In this document: positions 33,314 through 42,346 of the stretch, one piece after another
Layout: every line of letters starts with the position of its first letter
Numbering within the stretch: position 1 is the first letter of the stretch
Origin: a virus
Reading direction: 5' to 3' (one strand)
IMG/VR virus record: IMGVR_UViG_3300006099_000021
DNA length: 45,770 nt
The notes under the pieces: model-generated
What the model was told of the DNA's origin: nothing
Databases searched by the model: none
What the model saw: the letters and a program-made list of their open reading frames with translations, nothing else
Position numbers and translations under genes: made by a program

Positions 33314-34939
33314 TTAGGCTACTTTTAGTAATTCGGTTGTTATTTCTTCTACCAAGGCTTCGCAAAGAACACGGGCTATATTCACTTCTACCGCATTGCC
33401 GATAAACTTCTTTTGGTCGGCTTGCGTCCCTATAAGGGTGTAGTTTTCCGGGAACCCCATAATTCGCTTTAACTCGATAATTTTTAACATTCGCATTTTT
33501 ATATCGACGATACCGTAAAGGGCCATAAACTCCTTTATTTTCCGCATTGGGCCGCTATCGGTTTCGTAAATCTCTATTGCCAATTGTCCGCACTCCGTAG
33601 CAATAAGGTACGGGGGCTTTTTATCCATTTTGGCGATAAGGGTAAAGCACGGCTTTTCGACGGAACCGCCGGCGTTAGAAAATTGAGGGTTCATAAGATA
33701 CCATTTGCAGGCTATTACGTTTTGCTTGGGATTCGTCATTACCGCCGGGCAAGGGTTATCCAAGGATGATAATTGCCCGCCGCCGCTATAATTGTTCGCT
33801 ATAAATTCCGGCTTTACCACCGAAAACCTATCTTTCGTTGTAATAGTGGGCGAAGGCATATTTACGGAATGATTATTACCGTTTCCATAGTATGCCGAAA
33901 GAAATTCGGCCCCTACTAAACTATGGTGGTCTACGGTCGTAATGGTTCCCGCTACGTTGTCTACGCTGAAAACCTTACTTTCCGGGTGTCCGCTAAAATG
34001 CTTTGCGAGAAAATGAATGTTCGCTATTCCTAACCTGTTTTGGCAAGCTACGGTAGGGCATGGTTCATCTATCGAAGGCGGGATATGCTTACCCGTCTTC
34101 TTATTGACTGAATTATATTTAATCAAAAACGAATCCTTCCCGCCTGCTACGAACTTTATAAGGCCCGCGTATATGCGTTCCAAGGTCTTAGGCGAAAGCG
34201 GTTTTTTACGATTAAAGATACTTTCCCCTTCATCGGCAAAGTCCAAAACTTCCTTTACGGGTTTCCACTTCGCCAAGCTGCCGAAAAGGTCGCCGCCCCC
34301 GGTCTTTGAGTGGGTAGGCTTCGGCCATACAATAGGTAGGTACGGTTTGGCAAATATCCCGAAGAAACGCTTTCGGCTGGTATATGCCCCATAATCCGCC
34401 GCGTTAAGTATTCTATGGTCGAACTTGTACCCGTAGGCTTTTACGTTATCTACCCAATTGGTATAAAGCCGCCCTTTATCCCTGCTAATCGGTTTTCCGT
34501 TTTCGTCCAAATCGCCCCAGCTCATAAATTCTTCTACGTTCTCGATTTGGATATAATCGGGGGCAAGGGCTTCTATATACCTAAACAAATGTTCGGCAAG
34601 GGTGCGGCTATCTGCGTCGCGAGGCTGGCCGCCTTTGGCACGGCTGAAATTGGTACATTCAAGTGAAGCCCAAAGTACAATTTTCGCCATAGGGTACATT
34701 CGGCGCATTTCGGCGGTATGTTCTGCCAATGGGCGTAAGTCCAAGGTTCGCATATCTTCCGTATAGTGCTGCGCTTCGGGATGATTGGCCGCGTGGCTCG
34801 CTATGGCGTTCGCGTCGTGGTTTACGCAAGCTATAACCTTCGCGCATTTTCGCTCCTTATAGTTGGCCTTCTCTACGCCTGTACTTGTTCCACCCGCACC
34901 GCAAAACAAGTCTATATATAGTAATCTAATGTTGTCCAT
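33314..34939 (-). CDS. DNA cytosine-5 methyltransferase with long target-recognition region
   Basis: 541 aa. Motif I DLFCGAGG, catalytic Cys in SLECTNFS, IENV, SRKRFF and C-terminal GNAV. Confidence 0.8.
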   Translation of the reverse strand: MDNIRLLYIDLFCGAGGTSTGVEKANYKERKCAKVIACVNHDANAIASHAANHPEAQHYTEDMRTLDLRPLAEHTAEMRRMYPMAKIVLWASLECTNFSRAKGGQPRDADSRTLAEHLFRYIEALAPDYIQIENVEEFMSWGDLDENGKPISRDKGRLYTNWVDNVKAYGYKFDHRILNAADYGAYTSRKRFFGIFAKPYLPIVWPKPTHSKTGGGDLFGSLAKWKPVKEVLDFADEGESIFNRKKPLSPKTLERIYAGLIKFVAGGKDSFLIKYNSVNKKTGKHIPPSIDEPCPTVACQNRLGIANIHFLAKHFSGHPESKVFSVDNVAGTITTVDHHSLVGAEFLSAYYGNGNNHSVNMPSPTITTKDRFSVVKPEFIANNYSGGGQLSSLDNPCPAVMTNPKQNVIACKWYLMNPQFSNAGGSVEKPCFTLIAKMDKKPPYLIATECGQLAIEIYETDSGPMRKIKEFMALYGIVDIKMRMLKIIELKRIMGFPENYTLIGTQADQKKFIGNAVEVNIARVLCEALVEEITTELLKVA

Positions 34940-34971
34940 TTCGTATTATAGTCAGACGCTTTCGCGGAAAA

Positions 34972-35547
34972 TTAGTCTTTTGATAGGTGGGCTTTGACTG
35001 CGTTTGCATAAGCCCTAAATTCGGGGGTATATCGGTAATCATCCGGGTACTTTCTGAGGTAGTAGATAATAGTAGCATGGTTCCGCTTCATCTCTTTTGC
35101 AATCCTTACCACCGTCGCCCCTTCTTCACGGCATAGCTGGGCGAAAATCATGCGGGCAAAGACGTGCTTTTGCTCTCGACTTTCGCCTACAATATCGTAG
35201 AAGGCAACGCCCATGCCTTCGGCTATTGCCTGCTTTATGTTCTGAAAGGTCGGTACTTCTTCGTAAATAATTGTCTTACCTGTCAATTCGGCTAAATTCT
35301 TTTCAAGTGTAGCCCCTTTGGAAAATCCCCAATCGGGCAACAAATAAATAGCGTCGCACCCCATAAGTAGAAGAACGTCCATAGCTACATGGGCTTCCCA
35401 AGAGGCATTAGCCGGAATACCGTTTTTAAGCGGGTTTACCACCTCGTAACCTTGGGCTTTTAACATGGTTTCCGCCGCTTCAAATTTGGCCGCTACTTCT
35501 TCTATTGGCTGGCCGCTTATCTGTCCCGAAATGTATATCTTTTCCAT
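34972..35547 (-). CDS. DUF4406 (nucleoside deoxyribosyltransferase-like) domain fused to DnaA domain IV-like HTH
   Basis: The N-terminus MEKIYISGQISG...AIYLLPDWGFSKGA resembles DUF4406. The C-terminus VFARMIFAQLCREEG...NHATIIYYLRK resembles the DnaA C-terminal DNA-binding domain. Confidence 0.6.
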   Translation of the reverse strand: MEKIYISGQISGQPIEEVAAKFEAAETMLKAQGYEVVNPLKNGIPANASWEAHVAMDVLLLMGCDAIYLLPDWGFSKGATLEKNLAELTGKTIIYEEVPTFQNIKQAIAEGMGVAFYDIVGESREQKHVFARMIFAQLCREEGATVVRIAKEMKRNHATIIYYLRKYPDDYRYTPEFRAYANAVKAHLSKD

Positions 35548-35555
35548 GTTGGCTA

Positions 35556-36227
35556 TTATTTTCTATAAGAATGGTTTATAAACGGGATTCTATCGAACAT
35601 TTCCGTAAATCGGTCGGCAATACGTTCGCCGTATTTGTTCGCCAAGTCTTCCGCATTTAGGTTGCTGGTCATAATTGTAAATAGCTGCCGGTCATACCGG
35701 TAGTAAATCGTATCGACAAAGGGGCTAATTTCATTTCCCCAAACCTTCACTACGGAAGGTTCCGTACCTACGTCGTCAATAGCTAATAGCTCGGCTTTCT
35801 TAATGCCGTTAAAGCGTTCCGGTTCATTCTTTGCTATGTCTGCAAGTTCTAAGGCCGATACCGTCCTAACCGTCTTTCGTTGGTCAAAATATGCACTTTC
35901 GTACAAAATCCCGATAAGGCTACCTATCGCGCGGGCTAAGGTGCTTTTACCGTTACCTACCGTTCCGAATAACAGAAGCCCCGGTTTGCAATTACCGGTA
36001 AGCCATTTTGCCGCCTTTTCTATATGGCTTTGGGTCGCTTCGTCGTCGATGAACTGCATACGCCGCCGCATAACTTCGGCTATATAACATTCCCGCAACA
36101 TTGCCGGCACGTCTTCGGGGTACTTATCAACCTTAAAGCGTTCCGGTAAAGCCTTTCTTTGAAGTACCGCCCGGAACCGGGTTAAGTCCACCCGTTGCGG
36201 CCCCTGTCTGCTGTCCTTTTCGTCCAT
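35556..36227 (-). CDS. DnaC/IstB-like AAA+ helicase loader
   Basis: Walker A GTVGNGKST and Walker B LLAIDDVG. The start is uncertain: 36227 overlaps the upstream gene by 95 nt, and an alternative ATG lies at 36101. Confidence 0.7.
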   Translation of the reverse strand: MDEKDSRQGPQRVDLTRFRAVLQRKALPERFKVDKYPEDVPAMLRECYIAEVMRRRMQFIDDEATQSHIEKAAKWLTGNCKPGLLLFGTVGNGKSTLARAIGSLIGILYESAYFDQRKTVRTVSALELADIAKNEPERFNGIKKAELLAIDDVGTEPSVVKVWGNEISPFVDTIYYRYDRQLFTIMTSNLNAEDLANKYGERIADRFTEMFDRIPFINHSYRK

Positions 36228-36855
36228 TTCCGCTATTCCCTTTTTCGTTACGCTCCCAAGTTCTAACCGCTGCTCTCCAATCCTTCATACAGTTGCGGCC
36301 CACCTTCCAACCGTTAGAAGTATAGTAATCTATCCACGCTTGCGGGTCTACGTCGTTGCCCCGTTCTTGGCAATACGCCGCAACTTCTTCTAAGGTGGGC
36401 TTCTGAAAGATTTTACCGCCTTTCATTTTAGGGGCTGCCTTGCTCCTGCCTTGGGGCTTGCCAGCTCCTAACGTCGGCCCTTGCGGTGGCTGGGTAATAC
36501 CTTCGTTCAATACCCGTATAAGGTCGTATTTTTCAAGTTTTTGCAATACCGATTTATGCGCGTTGTTCGTAGGGTTTAAGTTCGATACCCCGCCGTACTG
36601 AAATATGATAAATTCGGGTAAAAACGCTTTGCTTCCGTTATTGAAGAAATGGATTCTTCCGGCAAAGGCTTTTTCGAAATCCTCTAAGTCGTACGTTTCG
36701 CCGCAATAAAGCCCGGCTACCTCTAAGTCCACTTCCCATATTCCGGCGTTGTCGCACTCGCAAAAAAGGTACACCCAAAGCAATTTATAAGCGGGCGGTA
36801 AGTCCCTTATAAATCGTTTCTTAAATAGGTCGGTATCTATAAATCTTTTTGCCAT
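36133..36855 (-). CDS. Replisome organizer / replication initiation protein
   Basis: Start at MAKRFIDTDLF (36855). The C-terminal motif EVAAYCQERGNDVDPQAWIDYYTSNGWKVG...DWRAAVRTWERN is typical of a conserved phage replication protein C-terminus. A low-complexity linker separates the two halves. Confidence 0.65.
   Translation of the reverse strand: MAKRFIDTDLFKKRFIRDLPPAYKLLWVYLFCECDNAGIWEVDLEVAGLYCGETYDLEDFEKAFAGRIHFFNNGSKAFLPEFIIFQYGGVSNLNPTNNAHKSVLQKLEKYDLIRVLNEGITQPPQGPTLGAGKPQGRSKAAPKMKGGKIFQKPTLEEVAAYCQERGNDVDPQAWIDYYTSNGWKVGRNCMKDWRAAVRTWERNEKGNSGNGRKGQQTGAATGGLNPVPGGTSKKGFTGTL
36431..36494. repeat. Iteron-like repeats inside the replisome organizer linker-coding region
   Basis: ctgccttg occurs twice, 11 bp apart (36435, 36446). 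The 12-mers ggggctgccttg and gctcctgccttg are identical to 19839..19850 and 20024..20035. Confidence 0.45.
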
Positions 36856-36859
36856 TTTG

Positions 36860-37261
36860 TTATTTGTTAAAAAGTGAACTTTGTTTTTCTTCCCTCTTTT
36901 GCTCGTAAAGTATTCGCCTTTGTCGCGCAATACTCAACCGGACGGCCCTAATAGCGTCTTCACGCCCTTTTAGGCTTTCTTCGTACTCCAATAGTTCCGC
37001 TTCGCTTTGGGCGATAAAATACCCGTCGGAAGTGGCTATTAAGCCCGGTATAAGGTCGTTTGTCCTTATGTGGTTTATAATCTTCCTTACCCGTGCGTCG
37101 TTTAGTTTATAGGAACCTTTAAGGGTATTTACGATATGCTTGTTTGTAACGGCATTTTCGCGCCCTATTTTCGTCCTAAGCCCCCGTACGAGAAGCGGAA
37201 GAAGTACGCCCATTTCGTAATCGTTTAAGGGCTGCGTTTCTTGGTCAAATCCTTTAATCAT
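36860..37261 (-). CDS. Hypothetical protein (possible winged-helix)
   Basis: 133-aa ORF immediately upstream of the replisome organizer. Confidence 0.4.
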   Translation of the reverse strand: MIKGFDQETQPLNDYEMGVLLPLLVRGLRTKIGRENAVTNKHIVNTLKGSYKLNDARVRKIINHIRTNDLIPGLIATSDGYFIAQSEAELLEYEESLKGREDAIRAVRLSIARQRRILYEQKREEKQSSLFNK

Positions 37262-37262
37262 A

Positions 37263-38003
37263 TCAAAAGGGGGTTTTGTCGAAATTGATTATTAGCCCCG
37301 CTTCGGCTATATGTACGGTTTTACCGGTTGCGGCTCGCACTCCGGCCCGGAATTGTTCGGCGTTGCTGTTACCGTCGGAAAGGTGGATAAGAACAATATT
37401 ATTTACCCCCTTTATATCGTTGGCTTGTAACGCCTGTACGCAATGGTCGTAGCTTAAATGCGATTTTAGCGTACGGTTCCGAACAACGGCGGGAATGCGC
37501 CCGGCCGCTATATTCGCGTCCAATAGGTCTAAGCGGTAATTACATTCTATCAATACGTTATTAAGTCCTGCAAACTTGCAAGGCAAGTAATAGGTATCGG
37601 TAGCGAATAGGATATTACCCGTTTCTTCGTGATTGATGAAGAACCCCAAAGGCTCGGCGGAATCGTGCTTAGTCCCGAAAGGAATAATTCGGAAACCGCC
37701 GAGGGTAAAAAGGGTTCCGGCTTTGCAAACATTCGCGCGGCGCGGGCCTTCTATTGGGGTGTTCTCAATTGTACCGGCCGAAGCGTAGACGGGTACGGTA
37801 GCTTTCAATACTTCGTTAATGTAGCCTGCGTGGTCTTTGTGTTCGTGGGTAATTAGGCAGCCTACAACCTTCGTTATATTGTAGTCTAACGCTTGCTTCA
37901 CGCTGGCGAACCTTACGCCCGCTTCCAATAACAAGGCTTCGCGGTCGTTCTCCAATATGTAGCTATTTCCTTGGCTGCTACTGCCTAATACTTTTAGAAC
38001 CAT
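37263..38003 (-). CDS. Metallo-beta-lactamase-fold hydrolase/nuclease
   Basis: 246 aa with an HEHKDH (HxHxDH) motif. Confidence 0.75.
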   Translation of the reverse strand: MVLKVLGSSSQGNSYILENDREALLLEAGVRFASVKQALDYNITKVVGCLITHEHKDHAGYINEVLKATVPVYASAGTIENTPIEGPRRANVCKAGTLFTLGGFRIIPFGTKHDSAEPLGFFINHEETGNILFATDTYYLPCKFAGLNNVLIECNYRLDLLDANIAAGRIPAVVRNRTLKSHLSYDHCVQALQANDIKGVNNIVLIHLSDGNSNAEQFRAGVRAATGKTVHIAEAGLIINFDKTPF

Positions 38004-38008
38004 TGTAA

Positions 38009-38239
38009 CTACGCTTCTACGATTTTGCGAAATGCTTTACGCTTCCTTTTTAGCGGAAGGTTCCGGCCGATGAAGTCCATAGCCGTAGCGAATTTGCCCG
38101 AAAATCGAATAAGGGCTTTGTCTTGCTGGGCTACGCTCTGTTCGCTCACCTTCGCCATGTCCGCCGCTTTGTTAATCCGGGCGTTCATTGCGTCGATGTC
38201 CTTTGCCGTCAGAATGGTAATACCAAAAATTACTTTCAT
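38009..38239 (-). CDS. Hypothetical protein
   Basis: Start chosen at MKVIFGI (38239), which removes the overlap with the upstream gene. Confidence 0.35.
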   Translation of the reverse strand: MKVIFGITILTAKDIDAMNARINKAADMAKVSEQSVAQQDKALIRFSGKFATAMDFIGRNLPLKRKRKAFRKIVEA

Positions 38240-38240
38240 A

Positions 38241-39026
38241 TTAGAATCCAGGTGTTTTAAGTGGCTGTTTGGTTCCGTTCGTTTCTGCTTGGCCGAAATC
38301 AAGTGTTCCGCCGGTATTGGCGTTATTCTGTATTTCGGTTTCTACCTCGTGGGTAACGTCCTTATATTCCACGTCTTCAACGGGGCCGCTTTGTTCGTCC
38401 GCGTCGCCGAAGTCGCAACCGGTTATATACTCGTAAAGGGCTTTTTTGGCGCGTCGTTCGGCTTTACCCCGGATTTGGTCGGGGCTGCTGTAATCGTCCT
38501 TCTTCACGGTAGCCACTATTCCGAAGCTGTTTTTTTCTCCGTTGTACGTGTAGCTGATTTTGCAAGGCACTTCCGCAAATCCGGCGGTTTGGCCTTTGTC
38601 AAATGATACGTCGATGAAGTATTTTACGCCGAGTTTCCGAAGAAGGGCCGTATAGCCTTCCTTGGTCGGGTACATTCGTTCGGCAATAATATTAAATTGG
38701 TTGCCGGTCGGAAGAAGCCCGATACTTACCGCGTCTATAATCGCGTCCCGAACAACCGGAATAGTGTAAAGCGGTTGTACCGTTCCGTTTTTGCGCGGTC
38801 GCCCGTTGCGGTCGGTAAGAAAGCCTACTTTCGTGTTCATAAGCGGCATAAATACACGTTCCATTACTTCGTCGGAAAGGGCTTCGCGCAAAAGGGCAAT
38901 TACGTTTACGGCGGTAAATGCCGCGCCGAAGTTGTTTACAATCTGCAAGGCCGAAGCGTCCTTACAGGCAAGTTCGAATTTCCGCTTTGCTTCGTCAATT
39001 ACGGTCAATCCTTTTTCTTCTGCCAT
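38241..39026 (-). CDS. Putative single-strand annealing protein (RecT/Bet-like)
   Basis: 261 aa between the SMC-like ATPase and the MBL nuclease, with an acidic C-terminal tail. The family assignment is tentative. Confidence 0.4.
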   Translation of the reverse strand: MAEEKGLTVIDEAKRKFELACKDASALQIVNNFGAAFTAVNVIALLREALSDEVMERVFMPLMNTKVGFLTDRNGRPRKNGTVQPLYTIPVVRDAIIDAVSIGLLPTGNQFNIIAERMYPTKEGYTALLRKLGVKYFIDVSFDKGQTAGFAEVPCKISYTYNGEKNSFGIVATVKKDDYSSPDQIRGKAERRAKKALYEYITGCDFGDADEQSGPVEDVEYKDVTHEVETEIQNNANTGGTLDFGQAETNGTKQPLKTPGF

Positions 39027-39050
39027 AACTCATATTTTTATAGGTTGTTG

Positions 39051-39353
39051 TTATTCGGTTTCAAGAAGTCGGCTTAACTTCTTCAAGGTCGCTAATTCCA
39101 TAGCTTCGGCAGCAAGCGGCGCGGTTTGTTTTTCGGTGAAGAAATTCGCCAATCCCTCTATTACTTGACTTCCTGCACCGCCTACTGCTATTACGCCCTG
39201 CACATTCTCGCTTTCGCCGTCCTTATTGTCCTTAACGTCCGTGCCGATAAGGATAAAGGCCCGGCCTTCACTGTTTTTTACCGCCTGCGTAAGCGTTTCG
39301 GAGATTTGCTCCAACTGTCGCGCGAACTCGCGCTTTTCTTTGTTCTCTTTCAT
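39051..39353 (-). CDS. Hypothetical protein
   Basis: 100-aa ORF. Confidence 0.4.
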   Translation of the reverse strand: MKENKEKREFARQLEQISETLTQAVKNSEGRAFILIGTDVKDNKDGESENVQGVIAVGGAGSQVIEGLANFFTEKQTAPLAAEAMELATLKKLSRLLETE

Positions 39354-39365
39354 AACTTTAATTTT

Positions 39366-41405
39366 TTATAAGTGGATAATGGTTAATTCTTTGTCGGTGG
39401 TTACAATCAACTTTACAAGCTGGGAAGCAACCGGGAATAGTTGGTTTACACTTTCGGCGTTGTCGATGAATACCGGCGCACTTACCCCGTGATACAAGCA
39501 AAGCGTGTTAATGATGTCAAGCCCGGCGTTTATCTTTCCGGCCGTATTAAGGTCTGCGTACTTAACCCCGTCTACCATTGCGATACAAGTAGGGGTTTCG
39601 CCGCCATTTAGCTGGGCTTCGAACATTCGGAAGCGGACGGTTTGGAACTTACTATTTACCCGGCGTTCTACTTCGTCCATTCGGGCCTTATTAAGTTCGT
39701 CTATCGTAAATTCCTGCTTTTCTAAGTCTGCTTGCTGCTGGGCTAATTCCTTTTCCCGCGCCAATATTTCGGCCTTCTTTGCGGCGTTCTTTTCAATGGT
39801 AGCCCGAATATTTAGCTTTTGTTTTACTTCGTCCAAAAGGGCCGTAAGTTCCCGTTTCTTGGCGGTAAGCTCGGTAGTATCGGCCGCCGGTATATCCGAA
39901 ATGGTAGCGGATATTTCGGCTATCCGGGCTTCTATCTCCTTCCATTCGGGTAAGTCTTCGGGGATAATGTCGGTAGATACGGTTACTTCCGGGTTGGCGG
40001 CTATTTCCGCTTCCAAGTCCTGTAACTTCTTCGCGTATTCGGCTTTCTTAGCGGCGATAGCTTCCATACGTTCGGAAAGTTGGGCTTCCAATTCCTGTAA
40101 CCGAGCTTTCTTTTCTGCTATTCGCTGGTTTAGCGTTTTGCCTTCTTCGGTAATCCGGGCGAGTTCGCGGGCCTTAGCTTCGTCGAATTTGGCCCGCGCC
40201 TTCTCTTTGGCGATAGCGTCCATACGCAAAACGCTTGCGTCCGAACATAAGGTTTCGTATATCGGACAAATAAGGCCGTCGGTACTTACTTTGTATTCTT
40301 CGGCGTTCCGCGTATTCCATTCTTCGCGCTTGGCTTCCACCTTGGCGGATAAGTCCGCTATTTCGGAAGTAAGTGTTTTAATAGTATAGCGAATATCGGA
40401 AAGGCCGTTTTCCGAAGCGGTATTATAATTTTCTGCTTCCCGCTTGGTTATTTCGTAGTTGGTCTTAACCTCGTTACGCTTGGCGTTCTTTTCGTAACCT
40501 TCCTTTTGGGCCGCTTGCCTTGCCCGAAAAATTATATCTTGCTGCTGGTTCCGAAGGTCGTTAATCGCTTTGCGTTTTCCCTGCACCCCTTCGTAGTGTT
40601 TGCGGGCTGTTTCTGCAACGTCCGTAATAGCCGCTTCCACTTCTTCCAATTCGGCGGATAGGCGTACTTTTTCAGCTTCCAAGGCTTCGTAATCCGGTGC
40701 TTCGGGCGTAACGCTGTCTATTGCGTTAATTTCGATAGGGCATTTTTCCAAACCTTCCTTAATCCGGCTTTTGCGGTAGGCTATTTCTTGTTTGAACTCC
40801 GCCAAATCTTTACCGGAAAGTTGGGAAAGGATAGCCGCGAAATCGGCGCGGCCGGCGGCCACTTCTTCGTATGTTACGCCCCCGGCAATGCGCAGCAATA
40901 TTTCGCGCTGGGTTTTCCAATCCAACGAAGGGAAGTAAGCCGGGTTCGTAATTAACTTAAAAAGTTGTTCTTCGGTTATGTCCGTTACTTTCTCTTGGAA
41001 CGCACCCGCTTTAATTTCTACGCCATTGCAGAAGTAATGCGTAGTATTTCCTTTAAGTTCTACTTCTGCCTTGCCGCGCGGTTTTACCCAATCTTCCGTA
41101 AGGGTGCGGGTAAGGGTTACTTCTTCGCCGTTTACGTCTAAAACAGCCGTTACGGAATGTTCCAATTTAAGTATAGGGTTCCCGTCCGGGCCGACCGTCT
41201 TAACGGTAAATGCGCCTTTCCCGCTATCCGTACGGTCGTTACTGTCTTTGCCGAAAAGCACCCAAGTAAAAGCGTCGAAAACGGTGGTTTTACCTGTCGC
41301 GTTTGCGCCGGCAATGGTGGTTACTTCGCCGAACTTTACGGCCAAGTTCCTAATACCCTTAAAGTTTTTAAGGGTCAGTTCTTTTAATGTTACCTTCTTG
41401 TTCAT
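39366..41405 (-). CDS. SMC/Rad50/SbcC-like ATPase with long coiled coil
   Basis: 679 aa. N-terminal Walker A GANATGKTT, about 350 aa of coiled coil, and a C-terminal Walker B/D-loop region VFIDNAESV. Confidence 0.7.
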   Translation of the reverse strand: MNKKVTLKELTLKNFKGIRNLAVKFGEVTTIAGANATGKTTVFDAFTWVLFGKDSNDRTDSGKGAFTVKTVGPDGNPILKLEHSVTAVLDVNGEEVTLTRTLTEDWVKPRGKAEVELKGNTTHYFCNGVEIKAGAFQEKVTDITEEQLFKLITNPAYFPSLDWKTQREILLRIAGGVTYEEVAAGRADFAAILSQLSGKDLAEFKQEIAYRKSRIKEGLEKCPIEINAIDSVTPEAPDYEALEAEKVRLSAELEEVEAAITDVAETARKHYEGVQGKRKAINDLRNQQQDIIFRARQAAQKEGYEKNAKRNEVKTNYEITKREAENYNTASENGLSDIRYTIKTLTSEIADLSAKVEAKREEWNTRNAEEYKVSTDGLICPIYETLCSDASVLRMDAIAKEKARAKFDEAKARELARITEEGKTLNQRIAEKKARLQELEAQLSERMEAIAAKKAEYAKKLQDLEAEIAANPEVTVSTDIIPEDLPEWKEIEARIAEISATISDIPAADTTELTAKKRELTALLDEVKQKLNIRATIEKNAAKKAEILAREKELAQQQADLEKQEFTIDELNKARMDEVERRVNSKFQTVRFRMFEAQLNGGETPTCIAMVDGVKYADLNTAGKINAGLDIINTLCLYHGVSAPVFIDNAESVNQLFPVASQLVKLIVTTDKELTIIHL

Positions 41406-41411
41406 AACAAG

Positions 41412-41717
41412 TTATTTATTTCGGTTGTTACTTTTCTTTGCTCGTTTTGCGGCCAACTCTAAGGCTTTTTCCGCGTCTACTATTATCAACCTTCCGACCT
41501 GCTTATATGCGCCGTCGATTAAGCCGCTTTGTTTTATGCGGCTGGCGGTAGTCTTGGAACATTTGAATAGTTCGGCAATCCCTGCCCGGCCGTAGACGTA
41601 TTTTTTCTTCGGGTCTTTGGTAACGTCTACTTCTATCCGGGGGCTTTGTCCTTTCCCCATTAGCTCTAATAATTCCCCCGCCGTAAGGTCTATAAGTCTT
41701 GTATTTAAGTCTGCCAT
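41412..41717 (-). CDS. HTH DNA-binding protein (excisionase/MerR-like)
   Basis: 101 aa with YGRAGIAELFKCSKTTASRIKQSG. Confidence 0.5.
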   Translation of the reverse strand: MADLNTRLIDLTAGELLELMGKGQSPRIEVDVTKDPKKKYVYGRAGIAELFKCSKTTASRIKQSGLIDGAYKQVGRLIIVDAEKALELAAKRAKKSNNRNK

Positions 41718-41719
41718 AC

Positions 41720-41926
41720 CTAACTATCTTGTGGGTCTTCCGGTAGCGGAACCCGTTTTATAAGGCGGGCGGCATTAGCGAAGTTGACAACCTCCAAAAA
41801 CAAGAACCAAAACGGGGCTTCCGCCGTGCTTGCAAGAAGGCAAAACGATATAACGAAATACCATACTATCGCCTTCTGTTTTAGCGTCAATCCCGAAAGG
41901 GACAATTCTTTAATTAGTTGCTTCAT
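41720..41926 (-). CDS. Small membrane protein
   Basis: 68 aa with two TM helices. Confidence 0.4.
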   Translation of the reverse strand: MKQLIKELSLSGLTLKQKAIVWYFVISFCLLASTAEAPFWFLFLEVVNFANAARLIKRVPLPEDPQDS

Positions 41927-41938
41927 AGCCTTTGCCTT

Positions 41939-42346
41939 TTATAGTTCCCAAAAATCTAATTCGTATTCCTGCCGTCTTCCGGTTCTTTGTGTCGCCATGC
42001 GTTCGGCAACCTTGCGGCTTCTGAATAGTCGGTAGGTTTCGCCTTGTGCGTACATTTCATACGGTAGAATAATCGCAAGGAAGAAGCAGGCTATAATTGT
42101 CCGTTTTATAGGGGATAGGTCGAAGGAAACGCCGCAATGTGTGCAGAACCACCATACGCAAAGCTCCGTAGCCTTTTGTATTCCTATCTTGCTATAAATA
42201 TTTCGGGCGGTATTCTCAACTGTCCGGGGCGAAATAGAAAGCCTGTCGGCCACTTCCTTTTTTGCGGCTCCCCAAGCCAATAATTCGGCTATTTGGGTTT
42301 CGCGCTGCGTTAGTCCTGCTTCGGCTCTCATTTCTATTTCCCCCAA
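41939..42346 (-). CDS. LuxR/GerE-type HTH regulator with C-terminal membrane segment
   Basis: LTQRETQIAELLAWGAAKKEVADRLSISPRTVENTARNIYSKIG is followed by the hydrophobic stretch IIACFFLAIILPY. Confidence 0.65.
   Translation of the reverse strand: MGEIEMRAEAGLTQRETQIAELLAWGAAKKEVADRLSISPRTVENTARNIYSKIGIQKATELCVWWFCTHCGVSFDLSPIKRTIIACFFLAIILPYEMYAQGETYRLFRSRKVAERMATQRTGRRQEYELDFWEL

Noticed and set aside
39505-40389. 294-aa plus-strand ORF antisense to the SMC-like ATPase gene
   Set aside because: Extremely Ser/Ala-rich and low-complexity. It is the antisense shadow of a Glu/Ala/Lys-rich coiled-coil gene.
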